Assembly (NCBI RefSeq): GCF_030684315.1
Contig: NC_081372.1
Coordinates: 31,511,481 to 31,575,480, forward strand
Direction: 5' to 3'
Source of the DNA: Stegostoma tigrinum
Lineage: Eukaryota
Length of the DNA stretch: 64,000 nucleotides
Part shown: one piece after another, positions 49,940 through 62,595 of the stretch
Layout of the letters: every line of letters starts with the position of its first letter
Numbering within the stretch: position 1 is the stretch's first letter
Program-made: the position numbers and the translations under genes
The notes under the pieces: generated by a model
Databases searched by the model: none
Seen by the model: the letters and a program-made list of their open reading frames with translations, nothing else
Told to the model about the DNA's origin: nothing

Positions 49940-51882
49940 GGAGGCTGGGCACTTTTCCAGTGCCTGGAGCCAGCATGTGTGCAGGAAGTGTGTCCAGCTG
50001 CAGCTCCCAAAAGCTTCAACAGCATTGTGGAGCATCTGTGAGTCTCAGAGCATTGTGGCTTGAATGTTTAGGGAGGTGGTCACACCATAGATAAAGGGAC
50101 CTGAAGAAGGAAGGGAATGGGTGACCACTTGGCAATCCAAGATAAATAGGCATATAGTTCTCTAGGGTCCTGTTCACAAACTGCAATTCCACTTTAGAGG
50201 CTGATGAGGTGTAGGCGCCTCCAAAGAGTAAAGACATAGCCAAGCAGTGTATCTGCACTAGAGGGGAGGTAGAAAGAAAGGGCAAGAGTAATAGGGGATT
50301 CTATAGTCAGGGGAACAGATAGATGCTACTGTGGCCATCAGTGTGACTCCAGGATGGTGTGTTGCCTCCCTGGTGCTAGAGTGTGGAATGGTACAGAATG
50401 CCTGCAGGCCATCCAGAAGAGGGTGATGATAAGGCAGAGGTCGTAAATTTTGGTACCAATGACATAGGTAGAAAGAGGGATGAGATCTTGCATCAAGAAT
50501 TCCGAGAACCAGGTGGTGGACTAAAAAGCAGCACCTTTCAGGTCGTAATCTCTGGATTACTTCCACTGCAACATTCTAGCGAGGACAGAAATAGGAGAAT
50601 GGTGAAGAAGAATGTGTGGCTAAACAGATGGTGCAGGAGGTGCAATTTAGATTCTTGGATCACTGCTACCATTTCTGGGGAAGATGGGATGTGTACAAGT
50701 GGGACAATCTACACCTGAACCAGAGTGGGACTAATATGCTTGCAGGAGTGTTTGCTGGTGTTATTGGGAGGAGTTTAAACTAATTTGGCTGGGAAGGGTG
50801 GCACAGAATGTTAGCAGAATAAGGGCAAAGCACAATAACAGTGAAACAATTAAGTTACAGGGAGTGCAGCTGTATTAATTTTCAAGGGAGTAAAGCAAGG
50901 CTAGATGGTCTTTAATGCCAGGAATATCACAGGTAAATGAAGAGAAAAAGGCAACAATTGATACGTGAATGTGTGCTATCGTAGCCACTAGAGAGATATG
51001 GTTGAGAGAAGGGCAGGATTGACAAATCAACTTTCTGGGAGATAGAATCTTCAGGTGAGACACAGGAGGGGGTAAAAGAGGAGCTGCCATTGCATTATTA
51101 GTTAAGGTTTCAGTTACTACAGTAAGGAGAGATATAGGGCTTCAAATGAAGCTTATGGGTAGAGTTTAGGAATAAAAAAAGTGTGAGCCACATTGCTAGC
51201 TGTTTACTATTGACCCCCAGAAAGGTCATAGTAGTACAATAGTGAAGAAGGTCTATTGGACACATCTTTATCAATGGAGCACAGATGACAAAAGCAGGGA
51301 AGTCATGTTGGGGTTGTATAAAACTTTGATGAGACCACAGTTGGAGTGCTGCATAGTTCTGGTTGCCACATTACAGGAATGATGTGATTGTACTGTAGCG
51401 GGTGCAGAGGAGTTTCATTAGGATGCTGGCTGGGATGGAAAATTTAAGTTGTGGGGAGATGTTGGATAGGCTTAGGTTATTTTCCTTGGAGCAGAGAAGA
51501 CTGAGGGGTGATGTGGTTGAGGTGTACAAGGTTATGAGAGGTGTGGATAAGGTAAATAAGGAGCACCTGTTCCCCTTCATTGAAGTGTCAATCACAAGGG
51601 GATGTAGGTTCAAGGTAAGGGCAAGAGGTTTATCATGAATGTGAGGAAAAGCTTTTTTACTGAGAGGGTCTGGAATGCACTGTCTGGGAGGCTGGTATAG
51701 GGGAGTTGCCTCACGTCCTTTAAAATTTATCTGGATGAGTACTTGGCACGTCATAACATTCAAGGCTATGTGCCGAGTGCTGGTAAATAGGATTAGGTTG
51801 ACGGTCAGGTGTTCTCACTTGTTAGTGCGGACTCAACGGGCCAAAGGGCTTCTTCTGCACTGTATGATTCCAAGTCTCTTTT
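49940..51882 (+). mobile_element. CR1 LINE with a large internal deletion (ORF1, APE start, then RT C-terminus)
   Basis: CRKCVQLQL at about 49978; esterase NFGTNDIG (ORF 50383-50718); APE remnants to about 51220, then a jump to RLRGDVVEVYKVMRG (ORF 51402-51638) and the tail. Confidence 0.85.
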
Positions 51883-52770
51883 AAGCTCCAGAGGATATAG
51901 GTCCAGCCTGTCTAACCTTACCATATAAGGCAATGCTTATTCCAGGTACTCAGCAACTGAATTGTCTCTGAACTGCTTCCGAAGCATTAACATCCTTTTT
52001 AAAAAGCGTGGTGACCAGTATTGTACACAATATGCCAGATGCAGTTTCACCAGTGCTTTGTACAACTGAACATTATTTCCCTACTCTTGCATTCAATTTC
52101 TATCACAATTAAATATGATATTCTATTCGCTTTCCTGATTACTTGTTATACTTGCAGACTAACCTTCTGCAATTCACAGACAAGGACACCCAGATCCCTT
52201 CACATCTGAAAGCTCTGAAACTTCTCACCATTTGGACAATATGCTTCTTTTTATTCTCTGTCAAATGGATAAATATTCAGTTTCCCACATTATATTCCAT
52301 TTGACAGATCTTTATTGTCTCCCTTCATCTAACTATATCATTGTGTAGGCTGCTTATGTCAGTTTCACAACTGACTTTCCTAATCATCTCTGTGTCATCA
52401 GCAAAATACCTTTGGTCCCTAAATCCAAAGCATTAGTATAAATTATAAAGAGCTGAGGACTAAGCACCTACTCTTGTCACATACCATTCACAACATCCTG
52501 TTAACCTGAAAAATACCCATTAATTCCTATTCTCTGCTTCTTGTTAGAAACAAACTTTCTATCCATGCCAATATGTTATACCCTACAGAATACGCTTTTA
52601 TTTTCTGCAGTAACTGCTGATGTGGCACCCACCTTCTGGAAATCTAAGTACATTAAATCCATTGGTTCTTCTTTATCCACAACATAAGTTATTTATTCTA
52701 ATAAGTATAATAGTCCAAGTGCCCTATTATAACATCTTTAATAATAGTTTTTAATATTGTCCCAATGACA
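51883..52770 (-). mobile_element. Decayed CR1 RT fragment
   Basis: gtgtcatcagcaaa (FADDT on the minus strand) at about 52392, plus other CR1 remnants. Confidence 0.75.
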
Positions 52771-52789
52771 TATATAAAGGACATTGTGG

Positions 52790-54978
52790 TTAAAATTGTA
52801 TCAGTGATAATGGGAACTGCAGATGCTGGAGAATCCAAGATAATAAAATGTGAGGCTGGATGAACACAGCAGGCCCAGCAGCATCTCAGGAGCACAAAAG
52901 CTGACGTTTCGGGCCTAGACCCTTCATCAGAGAGGGGGATGGGGTGAGGGTTCTGGAATAAATAGGGAGAGAGGGGGAGGCAGACCAAAGATGGAGAGGA
53001 AAGAAGATAGGTGGAGAGGAGAGCGTAGGTGGGGAGGGGATAGGTCAGTCCAGGGAAGACGGACAGGTCAAGGAGGTGGGATGAGGTTAGTAGGTAGGAG
53101 ACGGAGGTGCGGCTTGGGGTGGGAGGAAGGGATGGGTGAGAGTAAGAACAGGTTAGGAATGCAGTGGGTGGAGGGGAAGAGCTGCGCTGGATGTGTGGTG
53201 CAGTGGGGGGAGGGGATGAACTGGGCTGGTTTTGGGATGCGGTGGGCGAAGGGAAGATTTTGAAGCTGGTGAAGTCCACATTGATACCATTGGGCCGCAG
53301 GGTTCCCAAGCGGAATATGAGTTGCTGTTCCTGCAACCTTTGGGTGGCATCATTGTGGCACTGCAGGAGGCCCATGATGGACATGTCATCTAAAGAATGG
53401 GAGGGGGAGTGTAAATGGTTTGCGACTGGGAGGTGCAGTTGTTTATTGCGAACTGAGCCCCACCTCTTCCTCCGTTACATTGATGACTGTATCGGCGCCG
53501 CCTCTTGCTCCCCAGAGGAGCTCGAACAGTTCATCCACTTCACCAACACCTTCCACTCCAACCTTCAGTTCACCTGGGCCATCTCCAGCACATTCCTCAC
53601 CTTCCTGGACCTCTCAGTCTCCATCTCAGGCAACCAGTTTGTAACTGATGTCCATTTCAAGTCCACCGACTCCCACAGCTACCTAGAATACACTTCCTCC
53701 TACCCACCCTCCTGCAAAAATTCCATCCCCTATTCCCAATTCCTCCACCTCCGCCCCCAGGATGAGGCGTTCCACTCCCGCACATCCCAGATGTCCAAGT
53801 TCTTCAAGGACCGCAACTTCCCCCCACAATGGTCGAAAACACCCTTGACCGCGTCTCCCGCATTTCCCGCAACACATCCCTCACACCCCGCCCCCGCCAC
53901 AACCGCCCAAAGAGAATCTCCCTTGTTCTCACACACCACCCCACCAACCTCCGGATACAACGCATCATCCTCCGACACTTCCGCCATCTACAATCCGACC
54001 CCACCACCCAAGACATTTTTCCATCCCCACCCTTGTCCGCTTTCCAGAGAGACCACTCTCTCCGTGACTCCCTTGTTCGCTCCACACTGCCCGACAAACC
54101 CCACCACACCCGGCACGTTCCCCTGCAACCGCAGGAAATGCTACACTTGCCCCCACACCTCCTCCCTCACCCCTATCCCAGGCCCCAAGATGACTTTCCA
54201 TATTGAGCAGAGGTTCACCTGCACATCTGCCAATGTGGTATACTGCATCCATTGTACCCAGTGTGGCTCCCTCTACATTGGGGAAACCAAACGGAGGCTT
54301 GGGGACTGCTTTGCAGAACACCTCCGCTCGGTTCACAATAAACAACTGCACCTCCCAGTCGCAAACCATTTCCACTCCCCCTCCCATTCTTTAGATGACA
54401 TGTCCATCATGGGCCTCCTGCAGTGCCACAATGATGCCACCCGAAGGTTGCAGGAACAGCAACTCATATTCCGCTTGGGAACCCTGCAGCCCAATGGTAT
54501 CAATGTGGACTTCACCAGCTTCAAAATCTCCCCTTCCCCCACCGCATCCCAAAACCAGCCCAGTTCGCCCCCTCCCCCCACTGCACCACACAAGCAGCCC
54601 AGCTCTTTCCCTCCACCCACTGCATCCCAAAACCAGTCCAACCTGTCTCTGCCTCCCTAACCTGTTCTTCCTCTCACCCATCCCTTCCTCCCACCCCAAG
54701 CCGCACCTCCATCTCCTACCTACTAACCTCATCCCACCCCCTTGACCTGTCCGTCTTCCCTGGACTGACCTATCCCCTCCCTACCTCCCCGCCTACACTC
54801 TCCTCTCCACCTATCTTCTTTTCTCTCCATCTTCGGTCCGCCTCCCCCTCTCTCCCTATTTATTCCAGAACCCTCACCCCATCCCCCTCTCTGTTGAAGG
54901 GTCTAGGCCCGAAATGTCAGCTTTTGTGCTCCTGAGATGCTGCTGGGCCTGCTGTATTCATCCAGCCTCACATTTTAT
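52790..54978 (+). mobile_element. Young 5'-truncated Neptune-like PLE (family B) with about 620-bp inverted arms and a 17-bp TSD
   Basis: RT motif FLRYIDD at about 53467; Cys linker CNRRKCYTC; GIY-YIG NVVYCIHC..C..LYIGETKR. 52840-53458 is the reverse complement of 54326-54981. Perfect TSD tataaaggacattgtgg at 52773-52789 and 54979-54995. An extra tail (52790-52839) is present on the inverted arm only. Confidence 0.95.
52901..52932 (-). ncRNA. Minimal type I hammerhead ribozyme motif (PLE family B), intact core
   Basis: CU-CUGAUGA-A-GGGU(CUAG)GCCC-GAAAC-GUC-AG. The plus-strand copy at 54889-54920 is mutated (CUGUUGA, GAAAU). Confidence 0.72.
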
Positions 54979-54995
54979 TATAAAGGACATTGTGG

Positions 54996-55900
54996 CTAGA
55001 TTGCAGCAGTTGGTGAGGGAACCAACAAGAGGGAAAAACACATTATCTCATCCTTACCAATCTGCCAGTTCTATGACAGTACTGATAGGAGTGACCACTG
55101 CACACAGTCCTTGTGTAGACAAAAGCTAGTCTTCACATTAAGGATACCTTCCAGTTGCGAAAAAGGGTCACTGGACGCGAAATGTTAACTCTGTTTTCGG
55201 TACACAGATGCTGCCAGACCTGCTGAGATTTTCCAGCAATTTCTGTTTTTGTACCCAGCATGCTGCGTTCAATGAGATACATTTTGAAAGTATCTATTCA
55301 CTCAAAAATAGACATCCATGATTTGATGGCTTACTTTTGATCCATATCCAAACACAACCTGTAATGTCACGACCCGACATATCCCCACTCTAACAGAACC
55401 ATCAAGCCAAGGGGTCAATGCAGGTTCATGAAAAGTGTAAGAGGGTACATGAAGGTCAGAGCAGGTATGCACAAAAATGAACTGGCAACCTGGTGAAGCT
55501 AAAAAACGGACCACCCGTGTACCAAACAACACATATGGCAAGTGAAAGACAGGACTGAAGATTCCACAACCAATGGATCAGATCTGCCGTCCTGCCCCAT
55601 TTGCTTATGTATGGCAGTAGACATTTAAACAAATAACTGGGGGAGGGAGCTTCACAAATATCTCCATTCTCATTGATTGGAGAGTCCCACAGAAAATGTA
55701 CAAGATAAAGTTGAACATCCCCAGCAATCCTCAGCTTGAAAAGCCAAGTAGATTTACATTCCAGATGACAATTTTCAGTCAAACTGATTCTCTCCATGTA
55801 ATTGCAAAAAATGGCTGGAGACACTGGCTACTACAAATGCTTTGGTACTGACAAAATTCCTACACCAGTTCTGAAACCGTGCTCCAACATTTGCACCTTG
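54996..55900 (+). mobile_element. Decayed CR1-clade LINE (second family) ORF2 fragment
   Basis: QLVREPTRGKN (APE end) and downstream remnants collinear with 57570-58100. Confidence 0.65.
55150..55252 (+). mobile_element. PLE family-A pLTR end
   Basis: agttgcgaaaaagggtcactggacgcgaaatgttaactctg...cagatgctgccagacctgctgag. Confidence 0.8.
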
Positions 55901-57569
55901 CAACATTCTCCAAGCCACTCCAAGGCTCTGTGCATGGCAATTAGTGCATAAACACAGAGTGTAGCATTGACTCCTGGTTCCAGAATTCAGCTCTGATTTT
56001 AAGGATATATCCCAGTATCCTTCACAGTCAAAAAAAGATTCTATCTACCCCATCAATTCCTTTCAATTTTTTTTAAAAAGAAAAATAACCTACTGTTTTT
56101 CAGAAGGAAGACTCCCAGTTTATGCAATCTTTCCCGATAACTCTGGGAGCCCTGGTGACATTCTGGTGAATTTGCACAACAGACCACTATATATTTTTCT
56201 AAATTGTGATAGCCAAACTGTAAACAATACTCCAAATGCAGTCTAACTGAGGCTGTTCTAGCTGTTCAAAAATACTTGATTGACTTGATGAGCTGTAGGA
56301 TGTCTGTACAACACTTTGCACTGTGTTTTGTAACAAAATATACGTGACAATAAATCAAATCAAATTTTTATGTGGGGATAGGTGAGAAGAAGTGCAAGTA
56401 TTTATTAATTTATGTAGATAAGGTTCCTTTCCTTTACAGTCTCAAACACATGTAGTAAAGGCTAACATTTCACAGGATTTTTGATTTGTTTGCACTTTAC
56501 TGCAATATTTCAGTGATATATGTATATAGCTGAATTTCTTTGGGTTTTTATTGTTCTAAGCTTGTCAACTTATAAAAGTGCTGAGGTCAATTATCAAGTT
56601 GGTCCAAAATGTTTTACATGTTATTGTCATATTAAAGAAAACCACATTGTTGAATTATTTAGTTTATGCCATCTTTACCACGATGTTCTGTACAGAAGTG
56701 CAATTACACATTCCATGATGTCTCAGCTTTCATCTTCCTGTGAGCGCATCTTGTTGGAACTTTACAACTGCTACTGAGATTATAAAACTAGTGCCCAAAT
56801 CATTGTGTTTTCCAATTAGCTTAATTAGACCTTTTGAAAGCAACTTGCAGGTTTTATTAAATTGTAGCCATGTTCTAAATAATTATTTGGCTTATTTGTT
56901 TCACCAGATTTGGCATTTTAATGTTTGGATTTTTCATCTTGCATTTCAGCATTGAAAATAGGCACCGGAAAACATTTCAACATCCCAGGTTTTTATATCG
57001 ACAGAACCAACTGATATTAATGAGCTTAAGTCAGCAATAACACAACCTTCATTTACTATACCATTGTATTTGAAATTATCTTCCTAAATTCCAACAAAAA
57101 TTAAAATCTAAGTCATTAGTCACCTTTTCTGATGCTACTCCCAAAGTATTCACTAGTCTCGTGAAAGTCAATGGGATATTTCACTGTTTTAAAGTGTTAC
57201 GTAGGTGCAGATTGCTTGAATGCAAGGGAACAGTTAAACTCATAATATCCACCTCTAACTTTCCACCTCCTTTCAACTCTTCTGTTATCCCTGTTCTTAT
57301 CAGACAATTTATCTAATGTTACATCTTTGATTAACTATAATTCTATCTATGTCATACCAATCCCCCATTTAAATTTCATAACACTAAGCTAATGATGTTG
57401 AGTCCCTACTACATACTGCATACCAATATTTTGACCCTGAATTGGGCTTCCAATCCGTGATTTTCTCTCTTTGTCATGTGGCACTAACATCATTGTAAAT
57501 GGGAAGAACTTAAATACATCTAACAGCACAAAACAGGGAATCCATTAGACACTGTGGGCCATCAGTGGA

Positions 57570-59105
57570 ATGATATTTTATGTCACAGTACATAAACCTA
57601 TGGCCTGGCATATTACACATACTACCATTATTATCAAGCTAGGGACCAACTGCAGTTCAATGAGGACCGTAGCAGGCATCCAGAGGAGCACCAGGCATTC
57701 TTAAGAATGAGACACCAGTTTTGCAAAGCTACAATACCTGCATACTAAACAGAAACAGTAAAACCCAGTGACTCCAGTCAACTGCTCAGATCAAATTCTG
57801 CATTCTGAACAAATTCAGTTTGGAATGATTCAGGGAATCCAGTTGGGATAAGGCTCTATAAACAGTTCCATCTTCAAAAATGGCAGAGGCCAGCACTTCA
57901 GTGCAAAAGACAAATCTGTACTACTTACAGCCATCTTCAGCCAAAAGTGCAAAGTAGATGTGCCATCTCATCTTCATCTCAATTACTAGCATTGTAGATG
58001 TCAGGAATGGTTTAATACACCAAAGGCACTTGGCCTGACAATATGCCAGCTGTATTACTGAAAATTTGAGACAAGAAATAGCTGTGCCCTAGCCATGCTG
58101 TTCCTGTATAACTTCAATACAGGGACCTACCTGGCAATGTACAAAGTTATCCAGTTATGTTCTGGCTACAAAAAAAAAGTCAGGACAGTTCCAATCCCGT
58201 CAACTACTGTCCTTTCAGTATGCTTTCAAACATCAGGACAGTGATGTCTTTTATCGATAGTGTTATCAAGTGAAATTTATTCAGCAATAATCTGCATGTC
58301 AGCGCTCAGTTAGGGCTCTGTTAAGGCTGGTTGGCTCCAAACCTCATTATAGCCTTGTTCCAAACGTGACAAGAAAAATGAACTCCTGAGGTGAGGTGAC
58401 AGCGACTGCCCTTGATATCAAAAAATTATTTGACTGAGTGTAGCATCAAGGAGGCTGAGCAAAATTGAACTCAGTGGGGATCTGGGGCAAAACTAAGTGG
58501 AATGATAGCTGATATAGGAGAGACTGGTTTTGGTATTGGATCAATCATCTTCCTTCCAAAACACTGCTGCAGCAATTCTTCAAGGTAATGGCCAGACAGA
58601 AGCATCTTCAGCAATACTTTCCCACAATCTTAAGATCAGAAGTAGGGAATTATAGTGATTAGTCTTTAGTCTCTTTTGTAGCTCCCCAGAAAATGAATCA
58701 AGTGCATGCCCACAAGCAACAAGAGCCAGACAATATTAGAGTTTAGGCTGATGAATGGCAAGTAGCATTTGCACCATAACAAATGTCTAAGTGACCATCT
58801 CCAACAAGGAAAAATACAACCATTTCCTTTTGATTTCAATGGGACAATTAATGTTTAATCTCTACAATCAAAATCCTGGGAGATTGCCATTGACCAGAAT
58901 CTTAGTTGAACCAACTATATAAATATTATAGGTAACTCATGTTCTTCATTGAGGTCTATCCACCAACTTCAAGGCAAACGTCAGGAGTGCGATGGAATAT
59001 TCTCCACTTCCTGAGACGAATACAACTCCTAAAACACCCATGAAGCCTGATTCCATCCTAGGTAAAGCATTCTGCAAGACTGGCACCTTAAACATTCACT
59101 CTTTA
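57570..59105 (+). mobile_element. Decayed CR1-clade LINE (second family) RT region; its 3' end resumes at about 60420-60660
   Basis: Remnants of KALGPDN, NYCPFS, ALDIK and AQVRSAMEYSPL. Confidence 0.7.
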
Positions 59106-59160
59106 CACCAGTGTGCACTCTTTCCACTGTTGCATTTAGTCTTCATCTACTCCACTAGGT

Positions 59161-59262
59161 ACAAAAACAGACGTGCTGGAAAAGCTCAGCAGGTCTGGCA
59201 GCATCTGTGACGAAAAAAATTCACAGTTGACGTTTCGGGTCCAGTGACCCTTCCTCAGGACT
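59161..59262 (-). mobile_element. PLE family-A pLTR end carrying the best-preserved family-A HHR (59225-59262)
   Basis: Minus strand AGUC-CUGAGGA-A-GGGUC(ACUG)GACCC-GAAAC-GUC-AACU. Approximate TSD ctccactaggt/ctctattaggt. Confidence 0.85.
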
Positions 59263-59274
59263 CAGTGCTCTATT

Positions 59275-60425
59275 AGGTTATGTTCAAAGCGGTCAGTGCC
59301 TTTGAAGATGTTTCTTCAGTTTGAGAGTTTTGGGGCTAACAATTCCCATGTGTCAGTGGGGATGGTGCACTTTTTCAGTGAGGCCTTCAGGCTGTCCTTG
59401 TACTGTTTCCTCTATGCTCCTAGTGACTGCTTACCGTTGTGGAGCTCAGTGTACAGCACTCATTTAGGGGGACTTGGGTTGGATATGTGGACAATGTGGC
59501 CTGTTTGTCACAGATTGGGTAACCTGTGCCATCACACTGTGGATATTGGCCTAGGAGAGGATGCTCACTGCCCATCCTGCCAGTGGATTTGCAAGATTTT
59601 GCAAAGGCAGCATTGGTGATAATTCTCAGGCTCTTAGTTTCATCTTGTCCTTCAATCATCTTTACACTTCCTTCCTCTCACTCAAGTTTTGGTAGAGCTG
59701 CCAGTCCAGGAACCCTTATGTTTGCAATTTAGGAGATTCTGGATCTCTTGATCATTCATTAGTCTTAGTGTTTCCTGTTCAACAGGCCGAGTGGCCTCAA
59801 GCAGATGTGACCATGGTGGCTTTTAGGGTGGACCAGGCACTGTGGGCACCCTGTGAATCTGTTGATCACCTCCAGTTTGGATGTGAGGCGCTGCCTGGGT
59901 ACATCTTTATTCTCAAGGTCTTTGAGACCAGCAATATTGAGTACTCTGTGGTAGAGATTTTTTTGTTGCCTTTGATGGTTTGGGGCCAGGTTGGTGGAGA
60001 TGGTAAGGGGGTTAGTCAGTGGTTTGTCCAGCAGTCATTAGCTCTGGTCTTGGTGCAGGTGATGCAGACACCTTTGCAGCCTCTTGCTCAAATTATGATA
60101 TGGTCTATCAAGTGTCAGTGTTTGGAGTGTGGGGTGGGTTGCCAAGAAATCTTGGAATCTTGAAGTCATTCCTCTGGTGGTACAGGGTATTTGTTATGAC
60201 AATGTCACATTCCATGCATTTCATCAGGAATAGGACTCTGTTGGAGTTTATTTTCCTTATGTTTTCCTTATCAAACATGCCTCTCCAAAGGTTGGTATCA
60301 CGCCTGATTCTGGCATTGAAGTTCCCACGGAGAATCAACCTGTCTTCCTTGGGGATGCAGGACAGCAATTGGTGAAGACTGGTGTGGAATGCCTCATTTG
60401 TCTCACATATGCAGTGAACTATAGC
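59275..60425 (-). mobile_element. Internally deleted RTE (BovB-like) LINE
   Basis: ORF 60108-60434(-) IPKEDRLILRGNFNAR...NSNRVLFL..C...DIVITNT is an RTE-type APE. 59275-59620 encodes C-terminal remnants (CKILQIHWQD, GHIVH, YKDSLKASLK). Confidence 0.8.
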
Positions 60426-60719
60426 ACTTTGCAAAACTGTTACCTCAGCTACCTACAGAAACAAGGAACATATAACCTGCTAGTTCTCCCCAAGCCACTC
60501 ACCATTGTGGGGTGGAGTATATATATATATATTGCTGTTTCTTTCCTGTTATTAAAATTCTGGAACTCCTTTGTTAACAGTACGAAGGATATTTTAACAC
60601 TATACACACTGCAGTGGTTTAAGAAGGAAGCTGACCAACACCTTTTCAATAATAGTTAAGTTAAATTTGCCTTACCTTGCTCCCACTCTTCTGCACCATC
60701 ACCAGCAAAACTTCTCAAT

Positions 60720-60895
60720 GGATATTTTGTACGTTATATTGGGTGCCCACTGTGCAATAATGACAGAGAGTTATACTGCCAGAGACGCCTTTGTTCCAAT
60801 GAGATATCACGCTAAAGCCCCATGTACTTGTTGAGGTGCACGTGAATGATTCTACAGCAGTAATTTACAAATTGAGCATTACTTCCTTGCTAATT
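60720..60895 (+). mobile_element. Decayed DeuSINE (SacSINE1/AmnSINE-like) fragment
   Basis: atgagatatcacgctaaagccccatgtacttgttgaggtgcacgtgaatgattc resembles the Deu-domain consensus as I recall it. A similar decayed copy lies at about 38310-38570. Confidence 0.4.
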
Positions 60896-60909
60896 TTTCA
60901 AAATTTCTG

Positions 60910-61215
60910 TTTCTTTTTTTTTTCCTCATCGGATGTGGGCTTCGCTTGCTGGCCAGCATTTACTGCCCATACCTAGCTGCCCTTGAGAGGTGGTAGTAAG
61001 CTGCCTTCTTGAACCACTGCAGTACACGCGCTGTAGTTTAATTCACAATGCCCTTAGGGAGAGAATTCCAGGATTTTAATCCAGCCATAGTGGAACAGTG
61101 ATATTCTTCCAATTCAGGACGGTGAGTGGTTTAGAGGGGAACTTGAAGCCATAGTTGCCATGTACCCGCTACCTCACTCCTCCTCGAAAATGATAATGAA
61201 TTTGGGAGGTCCTGC
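60910..61215 (-). mobile_element. CR1-clade LINE 3' end
   Basis: Minus strand ctgcagtggttcaagaaggcagct...gggcagtaaatgctggcc...aaaaaaaa. Confidence 0.75.
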
Positions 61216-62099
61216 CTAAGCCAGGTATAAGGTCAAAAGTTCAACAACAATAAAGTGGCTGAGGAAGAAGGGAAAATCTTGTTTCTAAGAAACAGAGTTT
61301 GTAACTTCACCTACCATGTTAGTAAGCAGTTAACCATATTTAATGGATAGAATATCTGGTCTTCCAAAACTGTCAAATTTCAAAATTAGGACAAAGGTGA
61401 AGTTTAGCTTGGTGGGAACGATAGATGGATGGAAGTGGCATTAAATGTTGGTCTCAATTTTAGTGATCTTGTAGCCAAGATGGGTGATAAATTTCTGGAA
61501 CTCTGGTCAATTTCCATTCCTTCACAAACTCTGCTTTGCAAGGGCGATACCTCAGACTACCTTGTTATTTTTAAGAACTGTTCTGGATTTTTACATGATG
61601 TGCTCATTAAACTAGCTACAGAAAGTTAGAAGTGGTAATTGACAGTGGAGATACTATTTTCAACTGCTTCAATCAACATCTGGGCAGAAGGAGAACAATT
61701 TATATGGTACTATCACATTCTTGCAGGCTGTAAATTATTGTGATTTCTAAAATTTCAATTTTTAAAAATGTTTATGTTACTTTTCCTTTCTCTTTAAACA
61801 GGTGTTTTTTCACTCCCTTTTTTCTATACCTGATTTAACTTTATTCCAGCCATTTTAGTCACACTTCTTCCCTTCTATGCTCTTTCCTTCTGAATTCTTA
61901 AATCATTTTGGACTTTTGCCACAAACTCTGCATGCCAGTCAGTGACTTCATCCCTCTCTGGATATTATTTCAATCAAACATGCCTAACTTTGATTTCCTA
62001 TTTGACCGAAATGAATTTCCAATCTCATATATATTCCATCACCAAAATCAGCTACTTTTACCTCCAATAACATAATTTGTCTCCACCCTTGTTTCAGGT

Positions 62100-62595
62100 T
62101 ATCTGCTGCTGAGATATTCACCTGGTACCTCTAGGCTTGATTGCGTCAATGATTTGCTGGTTGGTTTTCCACTTTGCACTCTTTGTAAACCAATTCTCAC
62201 AAATCAACATTGACTGAAAAGTCTGGCAATTCATCAATATCAAGGTGCTTATACTTCCTTGCAAATCTTTCCATGGCCTTGCCCAGACCTGTAACCTCCT
62301 CTAGCCTTACAACCCTTCAAGATCTCTGTACTCCAGCTAATCATCCTAATATGGCTCTCTTGCACACTTCTGATTATGTACGCCTAAGCTTTATTGTGAA
62401 ATCTCTCACTAAATCTCTCTTCTCTACATTCCTAATCTTATTAAAACCCACCACTTTGTTTAAATTTTCAGTCACTTGATTAAAAATGCATTTTGCAGCT
62501 TGGAAGTCAAATTTTGCTTGGAAACGCTCCCCGCCAACATCTCAAGATAGCCCAATGTAGGTGTTAAATAGAAATGCCATCTCGTATTTTTGTTA
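62100..62595 (+). mobile_element. L2-type LINE 3' region, decayed
   Basis: Collinear with 40.0-40.7 kb. Confidence 0.5.

Noticed and set aside
53164-54660. 498-aa ORF as a novel or intact protein
   Set aside because: It is a chimera. The first about 98 codons are antisense of the inverted arm, and about 53825-54092 is out of frame between compensating frameshifts (the true frame is ORF 53829-54206).
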